Source of the DNA: Bacteroidia bacterium
GTDB lineage: Bacteria; Bacteroidota; Bacteroidia; NS11-12g; UBA9320
DNA: 58,332 nucleotides
Direction of reading: 5' to 3'
NCBI GenBank assembly: GCA_016779945.1
Contig: JADHMR010000004.1
Location: 1-58,332, forward strand
Numbering within the stretch: position 1 is the first letter of the stretch; every line of letters begins with the position of its first letter. This document shows positions 45,674 to 55,730 of the stretch, piece after piece. Position numbers and translations under genes: made by a program. The notes under the pieces are model-generated. The model saw nothing but the letters and a program-made list of their open reading frames with translations. It made no database searches and was not told where the DNA came from.

Positions 45674-46012
45674 TTATAAGTTATCGAGAATTGAATTAAT
45701 CCGCTCAGCATGATCCATAGTAGTATCCAGATAAAAGTTAAGCTCGGGTATTTTACGTACCCGTTTACCCATTACTTGGGCTAACTCCTGGCGAATTTCT
45801 TTGTTATGAAAATCGATAGTATAAAGACTCTTGTCTTTGTCTTTAGAGTTGAGAATGCTCACATATACTTTTGCCAATCCCAGATCTGCTGTAGCTTTTA
45901 CTTCTACAACGGTAACTAACTCACCAGGAAGAATACGTTGACACACCCGTGACAAAATTGGAGCTAAATCTCGCTGAACTGCTCGCGATATTTTTTCTGT
46001 ACGAATGCTCAT
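45674..46012 (-). CDS. rbfA: Ribosome-binding factor A
   Basis: 112 aa. RTEKISRAVQRDLAPIL and VTVVEVKATADLGLAKVYVS. Confidence 0.9.
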   Translation of the reverse strand: MSIRTEKISRAVQRDLAPILSRVCQRILPGELVTVVEVKATADLGLAKVYVSILNSKDKDKSLYTIDFHNKEIRQELAQVMGKRVRKIPELNFYLDTTMDHAERINSILDNL

Positions 46013-46935
46013 TAACGGAGCGAAAATTCTGAACTTCCCATCTTGTAATTCTGGCTGTACACATTCACCGTATAATTACCTTCAGTCATCCCGTCAGTTT
46101 TTGGAATAGAAAATGTAACGGTTTCGTTTTTGTTCTGAAAATTGACTGATTTTTTTATTGTGTACATTCGATCCCCTCCATCAAAATTGAATGTACCCGA
46201 AGTATTATTATCCGTATGCAATGTGCTTTTATTTGGTGTTACAACTTGAAAATACAATGTTTTATTCCCTTGTTCTACTAAGTCATTATTCCCTAATGTA
46301 CAAGAAACTTCAATTTTTTCTAATTTGGATAGTTTGTCCGTTATTTTAAGTCCTCCAACTAGGGCATTACGCATGGGAGCAGCAATTAATGATTTCAGGA
46401 ATATTCTAGAACCCACCTCAACTTGCTTGACGAGCTCCGTGTTCTCACTACGTATCTGTTGATTGATTTCACGTTCAGCCTCAATCTGCTTTTGCATCAC
46501 ATAATTTTCATCCTTCAAATATTGGTTTTGCTTAGAAAGTTCCTCGATTTCTGCTTTCAGTTTTTCTACTTCGTCTTTAAAGGCAACCATTTCTTTGGTA
46601 GCATTTGCAAGCTCTGATTGCGTAACCTTTTCTTTAGATAATAAACCTCGAATTTGAGTTATCTTTTTTTGAATTTCTTGATTCCTAACTTGGATAACTG
46701 AATCGAGCTTTGCATTTTGGCCTGATTTAAGTTCCAAGTTGACCCTAAGTTCATCTTCAATAACTTTTAAGTCGTCTAGCTCCTTGGTCGTATCCACAAG
46801 TTCTGTTTGCGTATTTTGGAGCTGATTGTTCTTAGTTACTAGTTGATAAATAAGTCCCGCATTGATTAGTACTAATGTAATAATCATCAAAAATAACAGC
46901 CTCTTACTTCGTTTGTCGTTTGTTTGTAAACTCAT
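46012..46935 (-). CDS. Membrane-anchored coiled-coil protein with C-terminal beta-rich domain (hypothetical)
   Basis: 307 aa. One N-terminal TM helix, about 150 aa of heptad-like E/K/Q-rich sequence, then a beta-rich domain. Its stop shares 1 nt with the rbfA ATG (TAATG). Confidence 0.6.
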   Translation of the reverse strand: MSLQTNDKRSKRLLFLMIITLVLINAGLIYQLVTKNNQLQNTQTELVDTTKELDDLKVIEDELRVNLELKSGQNAKLDSVIQVRNQEIQKKITQIRGLLSKEKVTQSELANATKEMVAFKDEVEKLKAEIEELSKQNQYLKDENYVMQKQIEAEREINQQIRSENTELVKQVEVGSRIFLKSLIAAPMRNALVGGLKITDKLSKLEKIEVSCTLGNNDLVEQGNKTLYFQVVTPNKSTLHTDNNTSGTFNFDGGDRMYTIKKSVNFQNKNETVTFSIPKTDGMTEGNYTVNVYSQNYKMGSSEFSLR

Positions 46936-47018
46936 GGTTCAAGTATTTTGGAATTTGTTTTAGACAAAATAAGAGATTAAGTCTTTGATTACAAATTATT
47001 TTTTAAAATAACGAGTAG

Positions 47019-49295
47019 TTAATGATTTTGTTGCTTAATTAAATTTAGAGCACTTCCTGCCTTAAACCAATCAATTTGTGTCTTGTTATAAGTGTGATTT
47101 ACTTCAAAGACATCACTACTACCATCAGTATGGTTCAACCTAATTTTAAGCGGCACACCTGCAGTAAATTCATCTAACCCAAGAATATCTATGGTATCTG
47201 TTTCTTGAATCTTATCATAATCAGCTGGATCTACAAATGTAAGTCCAAGCATTCCTTGTTTCTTTAAATTAGTTTCATGAATACGAGCAAATGATTTAAC
47301 TACAACTGCTCTTACCCCTAAATGTCTTGGTTCCATAGCAGCGTGTTCTCGGCTACTTCCTTCTCCATAATTATCCTCTCCAAATACGATGGAAAAATCT
47401 CCGCTTGCTTTAATGGCCCTTGCTACTTTGGGAACACCTTCATAGGTATTTGTATATGGATTAAGTACTGTATCTGCTTTTTCATTGAACGCATTAATCG
47501 CACCTATCAAACAATTATTTGAAATATTATCTAGGTGACCTCTATATGTTAACCAAGGACCAGCCATGGATATATGGTCCGTTGTACATTTCCCTTTTGT
47601 CTTAATTAGCAATTTAAGCCCATGTAAATTCTCTCCATTCCAAGGCTGAAAACCAGCAAGAAGTTGCAGTCTTTTAGAATCAGGAGAAACTTTTATTTCC
47701 ACACTTGATCCGTCTTCTAAAGGTGCCAGATATCCATTATCCTCTACTCCAAAACCTTTTGGTGGCAACTCATATCCTGTTGGTTCATCAAGCATAACTT
47801 CCTCACCATCCATATTTACTAGAGAATCGGTTTCTGGATTGAAGTCTAATCTTCCTGAAATAGCAATAGCTGCTACAATCTCTGGCGAAGCAACAAATGC
47901 GTGTGTGTTTGGATTTCCGTCGGCACGCTTACTGAAGTTTCGGTTGAAGGAATGAATGATTGAATTCTTTGGAGCGTTTATGGGATCATTATAACGTGCC
48001 CATTGCCCAATACACGGACCACACGCGTTGGTAAAAATGGTTGCATCCAAATTTTTAAAAATATCCAATAGTCCATCTCTATCAGCTGTATATCTGACTG
48101 TTTCAGAACCAGGATTAATCCCGAATTGTGCCTTTGTTTTTAGTTTTTTATCGACGGCTTGTTTTGCTATTGAAGCAGCCCTACTTAAGTCTTCATAGGA
48201 TGAGTTGGTACACGATCCAATAAGTCCCCATTCAACATCCAATGGCCATCCATTGGCGTCTGCTTTTGCTTTCACCTCGCCAACTTTAGTATCTAAATCT
48301 GGGGTAAAAGGACCGTTGATGTGAGGCTTAAGTTCTGAGAGATTAATTTCAATGACTTGATCGAAGTATTGCTCTGGATTAGCATATACTTCATCATCTC
48401 CTGTCAAGTGCTCTTTTACTTCGTTTGCCAATTCGGCTACTTCTGTTCTTCCTGTAGCTTTAAGATAACGTTCCATACTTTCATCATAACCAAAGGTTGA
48501 TGTTGTTGCACCTATTTCTGCCCCCATATTGCAAATGGTTCCTTTTCCGGTACAAGATAGTGATTTAGCTCCTTCGCCAAAGTATTCTACTATCGACCCT
48601 GTTCCGCCTTTTACAGTGAGGATTCCTGCTACTTTTAAAATTACATCTTTGGGTGCAGACCAACCGCTCAATTTGCCGGTAAGTTTAACACCAATAAGTT
48701 TTGGGAATTTGAGTTCCCATGGCATTCCAGCCATCACATCTACTGCATCTGCTCCACCAACTCCAATGGCTAACATACCAAGTCCGCCGGCATTTACTGT
48801 GTGTGAGTCTGTTCCAATCATCATACCTCCTGGGAAAGCATAATTTTCTAATACTACTTGGTGGATTATTCCAGCACCAGGTTTCCAAAATCCAATTCCA
48901 TATTTGTTAGATACTGACTCCAGAAAATTAAATACCTCATTACTTGAGTTTAACGCATTTTGTAAATCTTCATCCGCTCCAATTTTAGCTTGGATTAAAT
49001 GATCACAATGAACTGTTGTTGGAACTGCTACTTTGGATTTACCGGCTTGCATAAATTGCAACAATGCCATTTGTGCTGTTGCATCTTGGCAAGCAATTCG
49101 ATCTGGAGCAAAATCTACATAATCACTACCTCTGGAAAATACTTTTTTTGCATTGCCCTCCCATAGGTGGCTGTACAATATTTTTTCAGAAAGTGTTAGT
49201 GGTTTGTTGAGCACCTCTCGTGCTGCTGATACCTTTTCGGCTAAATTTTGATACGTTTTTTTGATTAAATTGAGGTCAAATATTTGGTCTTGCAT
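47019..49295 (-). CDS. acn: Aconitate hydratase (mitochondrial-type, ~758 aa)
   Basis: Fe-S ligand regions IGTDSHT, GSCTNSS and [10 protein letters not shown]. The length is typical of the Bacteroidota mitochondrial-like aconitase. Confidence 0.95.
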   Translation of the reverse strand: MQDQIFDLNLIKKTYQNLAEKVSAAREVLNKPLTLSEKILYSHLWEGNAKKVFSRGSDYVDFAPDRIACQDATAQMALLQFMQAGKSKVAVPTTVHCDHLIQAKIGADEDLQNALNSSNEVFNFLESVSNKYGIGFWKPGAGIIHQVVLENYAFPGGMMIGTDSHTVNAGGLGMLAIGVGGADAVDVMAGMPWELKFPKLIGVKLTGKLSGWSAPKDVILKVAGILTVKGGTGSIVEYFGEGAKSLSCTGKGTICNMGAEIGATTSTFGYDESMERYLKATGRTEVAELANEVKEHLTGDDEVYANPEQYFDQVIEINLSELKPHINGPFTPDLDTKVGEVKAKADANGWPLDVEWGLIGSCTNSSYEDLSRAASIAKQAVDKKLKTKAQFGINPGSETVRYTADRDGLLDIFKNLDATIFTNACGPCIGQWARYNDPINAPKNSIIHSFNRNFSKRADGNPNTHAFVASPEIVAAIAISGRLDFNPETDSLVNMDGEEVMLDEPTGYELPPKGFGVEDNGYLAPLEDGSSVEIKVSPDSKRLQLLAGFQPWNGENLHGLKLLIKTKGKCTTDHISMAGPWLTYRGHLDNISNNCLIGAINAFNEKADTVLNPYTNTYEGVPKVARAIKASGDFSIVFGEDNYGEGSSREHAAMEPRHLGVRAVVVKSFARIHETNLKKQGMLGLTFVDPADYDKIQETDTIDILGLDEFTAGVPLKIRLNHTDGSSDVFEVNHTYNKTQIDWFKAGSALNLIKQQNH

Positions 49296-49303
49296 TGGGT
49301 GTG

Positions 49304-49311
49304 CAAAGATA
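49304..49311 (-). promoter_or_regulatory. -7 box TATCTTTG 8 nt from the aconitase ATG
   Basis: Exact TAnnTTTG on the minus strand. Confidence 0.4.
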
Positions 49312-49376
49312 AACTAAAGTCTGTTAACCTTTATAATTTTTGAGGAATTTGACGACAAACACCCAAAAAAAACTCT

Positions 49377-50681
49377 TTACAGTTTGAATACAATTTTTTC
49401 TGAGAGAATCTCTTTGCCTTGTTTTAATACTTTACATATGTACATTCCCTTTAAAGCACCAAGCCCCGATATTATCTGTGTAGAGAGTGGTTCAAGGTTG
49501 GATTTAAATACTGTTTGTCCTAACAAATTGGTGATTTCAATTTGATAATTGGCTTCTTCATCCAATTCTGATAGTGTCAATGTCAAATCCTCAACAACTG
49601 GATTGGGATAAATTAAAGTATACTTGGCTGGCTCAACTGGAGGGTCCGGATATCGAACAGTAGCTATACCCGACCTAAATAAGGTGAGATTTGAACGCAT
49701 CTGTTCTACTTGTTGTTCTGTAAACATGTTTTGGCAAACACCGTCCGAATAATCCATGTAATTCTCAATCATGTCTGGTAAATCACCTGGATTATTGATG
49801 CATGAATTCTGCCCAATGTTACAACCATTTGTGGCTGCACGGCTATTCGGTGTGTCGTCCATAAAATCATCTACATTACATCCTTGATTTCTAGAACCGT
49901 CGCCCCAAATGTGACGAAGCCCAAGATAATGCCCGACTTCGTGTATTAGTGTTTTTGAACCAGTAGAGAGTGATTGAGGATTGTCTTGGCCTACTACTTT
50001 ATAGTGAACAACTACACCTTGTTTGTTACTGGTGCTAAATGAGTTTGAATTCCAATTTTCTGCGTTAGTTGGTGGATAGGCATAACCGAGTAAGGCATCA
50101 AAACCATTTGCTGACAAGTCACAAATCCAAATATTTAAGTATTTGTCAGGGTCCCATACACGACTTCCGTATAATTCTTCTTTTACACGATCTGCATTAG
50201 AAAGGTTGATAGGGAACTGACCAAATGTTGGAAGTGATGACGACTTCCGGACTATACCACTCGTAGGATTTCCAAAAGGGTCTAATTTTGCTAACTCAAA
50301 CTCTATTCCTGCATCCGCTGCTACAGGCAAGAATATTTCACGAGTATCAATAGTATCTGCATTTTTACGTCGAAAACAAGCGTTCAATTCCTCAAGCTGT
50401 GATAAAATATACTTGTCGTCAAGATTTTGAACAGTATTGTTATACACAACATGGAAAACAACTTGAATGGTATAAATTGTGTCCTTCTCTTTTTTAGACT
50501 TGAGGCTAGAATATCGTTTCGCGTCAAAGAAGGCATCTTCTATATTCTTCAAAGCTCCCGAATTTTGTTGATTTAAGAGTTTTATGTAGTCATTTGTGGC
50601 ACAAGGTATTGTTTGATTTTGGGCTGACAAACTCCCAAAAATCAACACAAACAATACAAATAAAAACGCTTTATTAATCAT
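49377..50681 (-). CDS. Secreted zinc metalloprotease, M43 (pappalysin/cytophagalysin-like) with T9SS C-terminal domain
   Basis: Signal peptide. HEVGHYLGLRHIWGD extended zincin motif. C-terminal IYPNPVVEDLTLTL...GMYICKV sorting domain. Confidence 0.85.
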   Translation of the reverse strand: MINKAFLFVLFVLIFGSLSAQNQTIPCATNDYIKLLNQQNSGALKNIEDAFFDAKRYSSLKSKKEKDTIYTIQVVFHVVYNNTVQNLDDKYILSQLEELNACFRRKNADTIDTREIFLPVAADAGIEFELAKLDPFGNPTSGIVRKSSSLPTFGQFPINLSNADRVKEELYGSRVWDPDKYLNIWICDLSANGFDALLGYAYPPTNAENWNSNSFSTSNKQGVVVHYKVVGQDNPQSLSTGSKTLIHEVGHYLGLRHIWGDGSRNQGCNVDDFMDDTPNSRAATNGCNIGQNSCINNPGDLPDMIENYMDYSDGVCQNMFTEQQVEQMRSNLTLFRSGIATVRYPDPPVEPAKYTLIYPNPVVEDLTLTLSELDEEANYQIEITNLLGQTVFKSNLEPLSTQIISGLGALKGMYICKVLKQGKEILSEKIVFKL

Positions 50682-50688
50682 TACACAC

Positions 50689-50696
50689 CAAATTTA
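50689..50696 (-). promoter_or_regulatory. -7 box TAAATTTG 7 nt from the M43 protease ATG
   Basis: Exact TAnnTTTG on the minus strand. Confidence 0.4.
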
Positions 50697-50743
50697 AGAT
50701 TGATTTAGGTATTAATTGTAACGATTGTGTAAATAGTTAGTTT

Positions 50744-51520
50744 CTAATTGCCTTTGAAGTTAGGTTTCCTTTTTTCTAGAAAGGCATTAACTCCCTCACT
50801 AAAATCATGTGTTTTCCCTGCTATTTCCTGAAATTTAGTTTCATATTCTAATACTTCATTGAGATTAGCATGCAAAGAATCGTTGAGCATTTTTTTCATC
50901 ATTCCGATAGCCTTTGTTGGAGCATTAGCGTAGTATAAGGCAATTTTTTGCACTTCATCATCAAGACTTTCAGATGGAACACATCGATTTATCATCCCCC
51001 AATCAAGAGCTTGTTCTGCAGTTAATTTATTTCCCATTGTAGCTAATTCAAAAGCACGTGCACTTCCCACTAATCTTGGTAAAAAATAAGATGAACCCGA
51101 ATCTAATACTAAACCAATACTTACAAATGCTTCCACAAAAGAGGCCTTAAAATCAGCCACTATAAAATCACAAGCCAATGCAATTGAACAACCTGCTCCA
51201 GCTGCAACGCCATTAATTCTACCAATGATGGGTTTAGATAATTCACGCATACATTTTATGAGTGGATTGTACTCGTTTTTTAGAATATCTACAAAATCAA
51301 CTTCTCCTTCAATATCTTTTAAATCTTGACCCGCAGAAAAAGCTTTACCTTCAGCCGTAAGAACGATAACTCGGCAATTATCATCTTTGCTTGCATAATT
51401 TAAAGCCCCTAATAATTCGGATCGCATCTCGCTGTTAAATGCATTAAAACGATCTTGTCGATTAAGTTTTATTGTAGTAATCCCTGAATCCTCGTAGTAA
51501 TTAATTGTATTATAATTCAT
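50744..51520 (-). CDS. Enoyl-CoA hydratase/isomerase family protein
   Basis: 258 aa. Crotonase fold (VIVLTAEGKAFSAGQDL, GRINGVAAGAGCSIALACD). Confidence 0.9.
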   Translation of the reverse strand: MNYNTINYYEDSGITTIKLNRQDRFNAFNSEMRSELLGALNYASKDDNCRVIVLTAEGKAFSAGQDLKDIEGEVDFVDILKNEYNPLIKCMRELSKPIIGRINGVAAGAGCSIALACDFIVADFKASFVEAFVSIGLVLDSGSSYFLPRLVGSARAFELATMGNKLTAEQALDWGMINRCVPSESLDDEVQKIALYYANAPTKAIGMMKKMLNDSLHANLNEVLEYETKFQEIAGKTHDFSEGVNAFLEKRKPNFKGN

Positions 51521-51526
51521 TGTTCT

Positions 51527-52105
51527 TTAAAAAAATAAAATAGGTGTTGATGCTAAAAACCCAATGGCTAGACCCATAACTAATTGGAATAGAGTGTGAG
51601 CATTTGCTTTCCATCGGACCACACCTACTAGTAAGGTAATACTTGCAATTTCTAATAAATATCCGAAATCTGAAAATTGATAATTATAATGAATCATTAG
51701 ACCAGTACCTAATAAAAAACTCCAAACTGCTGAATGCCAACTTACTTTTAGCTCAATAAAAGCAAAAAACAACATTAATAAATGTAAAAAAGTAGCTGCA
51801 AGAAAAAAAGTAATGTATTCCTGCATCAAAAAAATACTTACCAAAGCAAATCCAAAATTCACTAATGAGTATGCTCGATATATCGATTTGCGTTCATCTA
51901 TTGAAGGATACGCTAATTTAATTTTACGGATATAAATAAAATAGACAAGTGGCAGTGAAATATACATAAATACAATCCAAACTGCTGAAATTGTTAATGT
52001 ACTAATATTGTGTTTTGCAATTACAGGTGTGTATACTAACAAACTGTAAAAAGGTAGAAAAATAGGATGGGTTAGAATGGCTATTCCCTTGAGAAGGTGA
52101 TTCAT
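51527..52105 (-). CDS. Polytopic membrane protein (weak PAP2-like motifs)
   Basis: 192 aa with about 6 TM helices. SWHS and RWKANAH(x3)Q loosely resemble PAP2 motifs C2 and C3. 2-nt gap after rpoN. Confidence 0.45.
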   Translation of the reverse strand: MNHLLKGIAILTHPIFLPFYSLLVYTPVIAKHNISTLTISAVWIVFMYISLPLVYFIYIRKIKLAYPSIDERKSIYRAYSLVNFGFALVSIFLMQEYITFFLAATFLHLLMLFFAFIELKVSWHSAVWSFLLGTGLMIHYNYQFSDFGYLLEIASITLLVGVVRWKANAHTLFQLVMGLAIGFLASTPILFF

Positions 52106-52107
52106 GA

Positions 52108-53550
52108 TTATAGTTCTTTTCTTAAACGAGCAACAGGTAAATTTAGTTGTTCTCTGTATTTAGCAACTGTTCTTCTTGCAATAGGATAACCTTTTTCGTG
52201 GAGTATCTTTTTGAGAGCTTCATCAGTTAATGGTTTAGATTTATCCTCAGCATCAATGGCGTCTTTTAGGATTTTTTTAACTTCTCTATTACTAACTTCA
52301 GTTCCACTTCCAGTAGTTATTCCCTCGGTGAAGAAATCTTTTAAAAGGAAAATCCCAAAGTCCGTCTCAACATATTTGCTACTTGCAACTCTTGAAATAG
52401 TAGATATATCCATCTGTATTGCTTCAGCTATATCTTTTAGAATCATTGGTTTAAGATCTGTTTCATCACCACTCATAAAAAAATCATATTGTATTTCTAC
52501 AATTTTATTCATTGTCAGTAATAAGGTATTTTGACGCTGTCTGATCGAATCAATAAACCACTTTGCCCCATCTAATTTTTGTTTGATGTATTGGACAGCA
52601 TCTTTTTGAGATGCTGATTTTTCTTTACTTGCCTCGTATGATTTTAAGGTCTCGCTGTATGATTTGCTTATTTTAAGTTCAGGAGCATTCTTGGAGTTTA
52701 GTGAAACATCTAACTTTCCATAAGATTCTTTAACGATAAAATCAGGAATTATGTAGTCTTTATTGATTGCTCCTTCCGCCCCAGATTGAGCAGGTTTTGG
52801 GTTTAGCTTGGCAATAAAATCTAAAGCTTCCTTGAGATAGTCCTCAGTGATATCAAATTTTTTAAGAATACGATTGTAATGCTTTTTTGAAAAGTCTTCC
52901 ATCATCTCATTGATGATTTTATAGGCTAATTTATAAACTGGGTTGTTACCTGAACTTTGTCTTCTCTCGATCTGGAGTAAAATACACTCCTTTAAATCTC
53001 TGGCCCCAACTCCTGCAGGCTCCAGTCCTTGAACTAACGTTAATATTCGTTGCAAATCATCTGTGGTAGTCTGAATATTTTGGGTGAATAATAAATCATT
53101 TTTTATGGAATTTAATGGTCTCCTTAAATAGCCATCATCATCCAATGTGCCAATAATTTGGTCAGCAAGTAACTCATCTTCTTTTGATTGAATGAAACCT
53201 GATATCTGCTCCATTAGACGCTCTCTGAATGAAGAAAAATAGACCACTGGCATAAATTCTTTTTCTTCATCATTTGAATTATAATCACCGCTAAGCTGAA
53301 CCCCACCATCGTCGTCATTCATGTAATCAGAAATATCTAATTCGTCCTCTTTACCGTAATCTAAATCGTCTTGATCGTTGGATTGAATTTCGTCCTCTTC
53401 TTTACCACTCTCTAAGGCAGGATTTTCAAGCAACTCTTCATCAACCCTTTCTTGAAAATTCAGCGTATTTAGCTGCAGCAGTTTAATAAACTGTATTTGC
53501 TGCGGGCTGAGCTTTTGAAGAAGTTTTTGATTGAGTTGTTGTTTTATCAT
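52108..53550 (-). CDS. rpoN: RNA polymerase sigma-54 factor
   Basis: 480 aa. N-terminal Q/L-rich region I, an acidic linker, and the C-terminal RpoN box ARRTVAKYREQL. Confidence 0.95.
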   Translation of the reverse strand: MIKQQLNQKLLQKLSPQQIQFIKLLQLNTLNFQERVDEELLENPALESGKEEDEIQSNDQDDLDYGKEDELDISDYMNDDDGGVQLSGDYNSNDEEKEFMPVVYFSSFRERLMEQISGFIQSKEDELLADQIIGTLDDDGYLRRPLNSIKNDLLFTQNIQTTTDDLQRILTLVQGLEPAGVGARDLKECILLQIERRQSSGNNPVYKLAYKIINEMMEDFSKKHYNRILKKFDITEDYLKEALDFIAKLNPKPAQSGAEGAINKDYIIPDFIVKESYGKLDVSLNSKNAPELKISKSYSETLKSYEASKEKSASQKDAVQYIKQKLDGAKWFIDSIRQRQNTLLLTMNKIVEIQYDFFMSGDETDLKPMILKDIAEAIQMDISTISRVASSKYVETDFGIFLLKDFFTEGITTGSGTEVSNREVKKILKDAIDAEDKSKPLTDEALKKILHEKGYPIARRTVAKYREQLNLPVARLRKEL

Positions 53551-53580
53551 ATTCGTGTTTAAAAAATAAGGAATAGCCCT

Positions 53581-53588
53581 TACTTTTG
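53581..53588 (+). promoter_or_regulatory. -7 box TACTTTTG upstream of asnS
   Basis: Exact TAnnTTTG. It overlaps the track's TTG start at 53586, which favours ATG 53625. Confidence 0.45.
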
Positions 53589-53593
53589 TACTC

Positions 53594-53601
53594 CAAAATT
53601 A
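53594..53601 (-). promoter_or_regulatory. -7 box TAATTTTG upstream of rpoN
   Basis: Exact TAnnTTTG on the minus strand, 43 nt from the rpoN ATG and 5 nt from the oppositely oriented asnS box. Confidence 0.4.
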
Positions 53602-53624
53602 GCACGTTTTCTAGGATAATCAAA

Positions 53625-55139
53625 ATGGACACGAAACAGTTAAAAGACCACGTAGGTCAGATTGTAACCCTTAAAGGATGGGTAGCAAACAGACGAGAAA
53701 GTAAAACCGTTGTGTTTATAAATTTAAGGGATGGACAAGGAATGTGTCAGTGTATCCTTGGATTAGAAGATCTTGGTGAAGACTTATTCCAAACTGCAAA
53801 AACATTAGGGCAAGAAAGTTCGATAGCCCTCACTGGTAAGGTTGTTGAGGATACTCGACAAATCGGAGGCTTTGAACTCCACGCTACTGATTTAAAAGTC
53901 TATCAAAATGCAAAAGATTATCCGATTTCTAACAAAGAGCATGGTATTGAATTTCTAATTGACCATCGTCACCTTTGGCTACGAAGCAGAAGACAATGGG
54001 CTATTATGCGAGTAAGAAATTGCATTACGTATGCCATACATAACTTCTTTCAAGGACAAGGTTTTGTCCAAATGGATGCACCTATTTTTACGGGGAATGC
54101 TGCTGAAGGTACCACCGATTTATTCGAGACAGATTATTATGGCAAACCAGCCTATTTAACACAATCAGGTCAGTTATATGGTGAGGCAATGGCACTTGCA
54201 ATGGGTAAAATTTACACTTTTGGACCTACATTTAGGGCAGAGAAATCAAAGACTAGACGACACCTATCTGAATTTTGGATGATTGAACCCGAAATGGCTT
54301 TTTGTGACATATTTGAAAATATGGATACCATTGAGTCTTTTCTAAGAAGTGTGGTTCAGGAAGTGCTAGAAAAATGCCCCGATGAACTCAAAATTCTTAA
54401 CAGAGATACTTCCAATCTTGAAACTGTTGCCAAAAAATTTCCGCGATTATCCTATGACGAAGCAGTAGAAATATTAAAAGGAAATCAGGATGTTGATGGG
54501 AAAAATACATTGCTCACCATCGAAGAAGATATCAAGGAAAACGCTGCCCGAATTATAGAAATTGAAGAAGATATTGCTCAACGAGAAGCTGCAATTGCTG
54601 CTGGAGGTATGAAAAAAGGTGCAATTAATTTTAATCAGAATAAGATTGATACCCTCAAACAAGAGCTTAAACAAATTGAGGAAGATCAAAGAAATTTGCC
54701 ACAATGGCTAGAATCTGCACGAAATTTTGAATATGGTAATGACTTCGGAGGAAGCGACGAAACAGTTCTCACCCGTTTGTTTGATTGTCCAATAATGGTC
54801 TATGACTGGCCCCATGAAATTAAAGCTTTTTACATGAAAAGAAACCCCGATGATCCAAGATTTGCAAGAGGTGTAGATGTACTTGCACCTGAAGGCTATG
54901 GTGAAATTGTGGGTGGAGGAGAACGAGAAACAAGCGAGGAATGGTTGGTTGAAAAAATCAATGAACACAAACTTCCGATGGATGTTTTTCAATGGTACTT
55001 GGACCTACGACGATATGGTAGTGTTCCGCATAGTGGTTTTGGTTTAGGTCTTGAACGATTAGTAGCCTGGATATGTAAGTTAGACCACGTTCGTGAAACT
55101 ATTCCTTTCCCAAGATATTATGGGAGATTAGAACCCTAA
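53625..55139 (+). CDS. asnS: Asparagine--tRNA ligase (with ~70-aa helical insertion)
   Basis: OB-fold N-terminus and class II motifs (FGPTFRAEKSKTRRHLSEFWMIEPE, GSVPHSGFGLGLERL). Start at MDTKQLKDH. Confidence 0.95.
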   Translation: MDTKQLKDHVGQIVTLKGWVANRRESKTVVFINLRDGQGMCQCILGLEDLGEDLFQTAKTLGQESSIALTGKVVEDTRQIGGFELHATDLKVYQNAKDYPISNKEHGIEFLIDHRHLWLRSRRQWAIMRVRNCITYAIHNFFQGQGFVQMDAPIFTGNAAEGTTDLFETDYYGKPAYLTQSGQLYGEAMALAMGKIYTFGPTFRAEKSKTRRHLSEFWMIEPEMAFCDIFENMDTIESFLRSVVQEVLEKCPDELKILNRDTSNLETVAKKFPRLSYDEAVEILKGNQDVDGKNTLLTIEEDIKENAARIIEIEEDIAQREAAIAAGGMKKGAINFNQNKIDTLKQELKQIEEDQRNLPQWLESARNFEYGNDFGGSDETVLTRLFDCPIMVYDWPHEIKAFYMKRNPDDPRFARGVDVLAPEGYGEIVGGGERETSEEWLVEKINEHKLPMDVFQWYLDLRRYGSVPHSGFGLGLERLVAWICKLDHVRETIPFPRYYGRLEP

Positions 55140-55145
55140 ATTACT

Positions 55146-55646
55146 TTATTTTCTCTCCCATATCAAAAAATCGAAATCAAATTCGTTGAACTCGCTTTTC
55201 TGATATTCTTGTTTTTCAATACATTTCCAATCATCGTAGTTGATTGACGGAAAAAACACATCTGCATCAGGGAAATTAGCTTTCACCACGCTGATATACA
55301 TTCGGTCCACAAATGGCAACGATTGACGATAAATTTCTGCACCACCAATAACAAATATTTCACCGTGATGCTCTAATTGCTTTGCTAATTCTAAGGCTTC
55401 ATTAAAAGAATTACACACAAATGCTCCAAGTGCTTCGTAGGTCTTACTTCTTGTTATAATAATATTAGAACGATTAGGCAAAGGCTTACCGATAGACTCG
55501 TAACTTTTTCTGCCATGAATAACAACATGATGAGAAGTTAACTTTTTAAAACGTTGAAGATCATCACGAATCTTCCACATCAAATCATTATCTTTACCTA
55601 TGGCATCATTCTGAGATTTTGCAACTATGAGAGAAATAATATTCAC
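55146..55646 (-). CDS. folA: Dihydrofolate reductase
   Basis: 166 aa. IVAKSQNDAIGKDNDLMW, MGRKSYESIGKPLPNR-like region, FVIGGAEIY. GTG start. Confidence 0.9.
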   Translation of the reverse strand: MNIISLIVAKSQNDAIGKDNDLMWKIRDDLQRFKKLTSHHVVIHGRKSYESIGKPLPNRSNIIITRSKTYEALGAFVCNSFNEALELAKQLEHHGEIFVIGGAEIYRQSLPFVDRMYISVVKANFPDADVFFPSINYDDWKCIEKQEYQKSEFNEFDFDFLIWERK

Positions 55647-55730
55647 TGGTACAAAGTAAAATTTATTTTTTGAGTAATGGTGATTTAAATGTCATGAACA
55701 GTTAATCTAACATCAAGTAGCATTTAAAAA

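Noticed and set aside
51527-52105. Calling the membrane protein downstream of rpoN a PAP2 phosphatase.
   Set aside because: Only two degenerate motif fragments (SWHS and R-x5-H-x3-Q) resemble the PAP2 signature. The first motif and the catalytic Asp are missing, so it is reported only as a weak similarity.
53586-53624. N-terminal extensions in the ORF track that use TTG or upstream starts (also 4209-4232, 6216-6230, 14479-14502, 31182-31268, 32320-32376, 35689-35715 and 41723-41752).
   Set aside because: The extensions overlap predicted -7 promoter boxes or the upstream gene. They also place extra residues in front of clean signal peptides, lipoboxes or conserved N-termini, so downstream ATG starts fit better.
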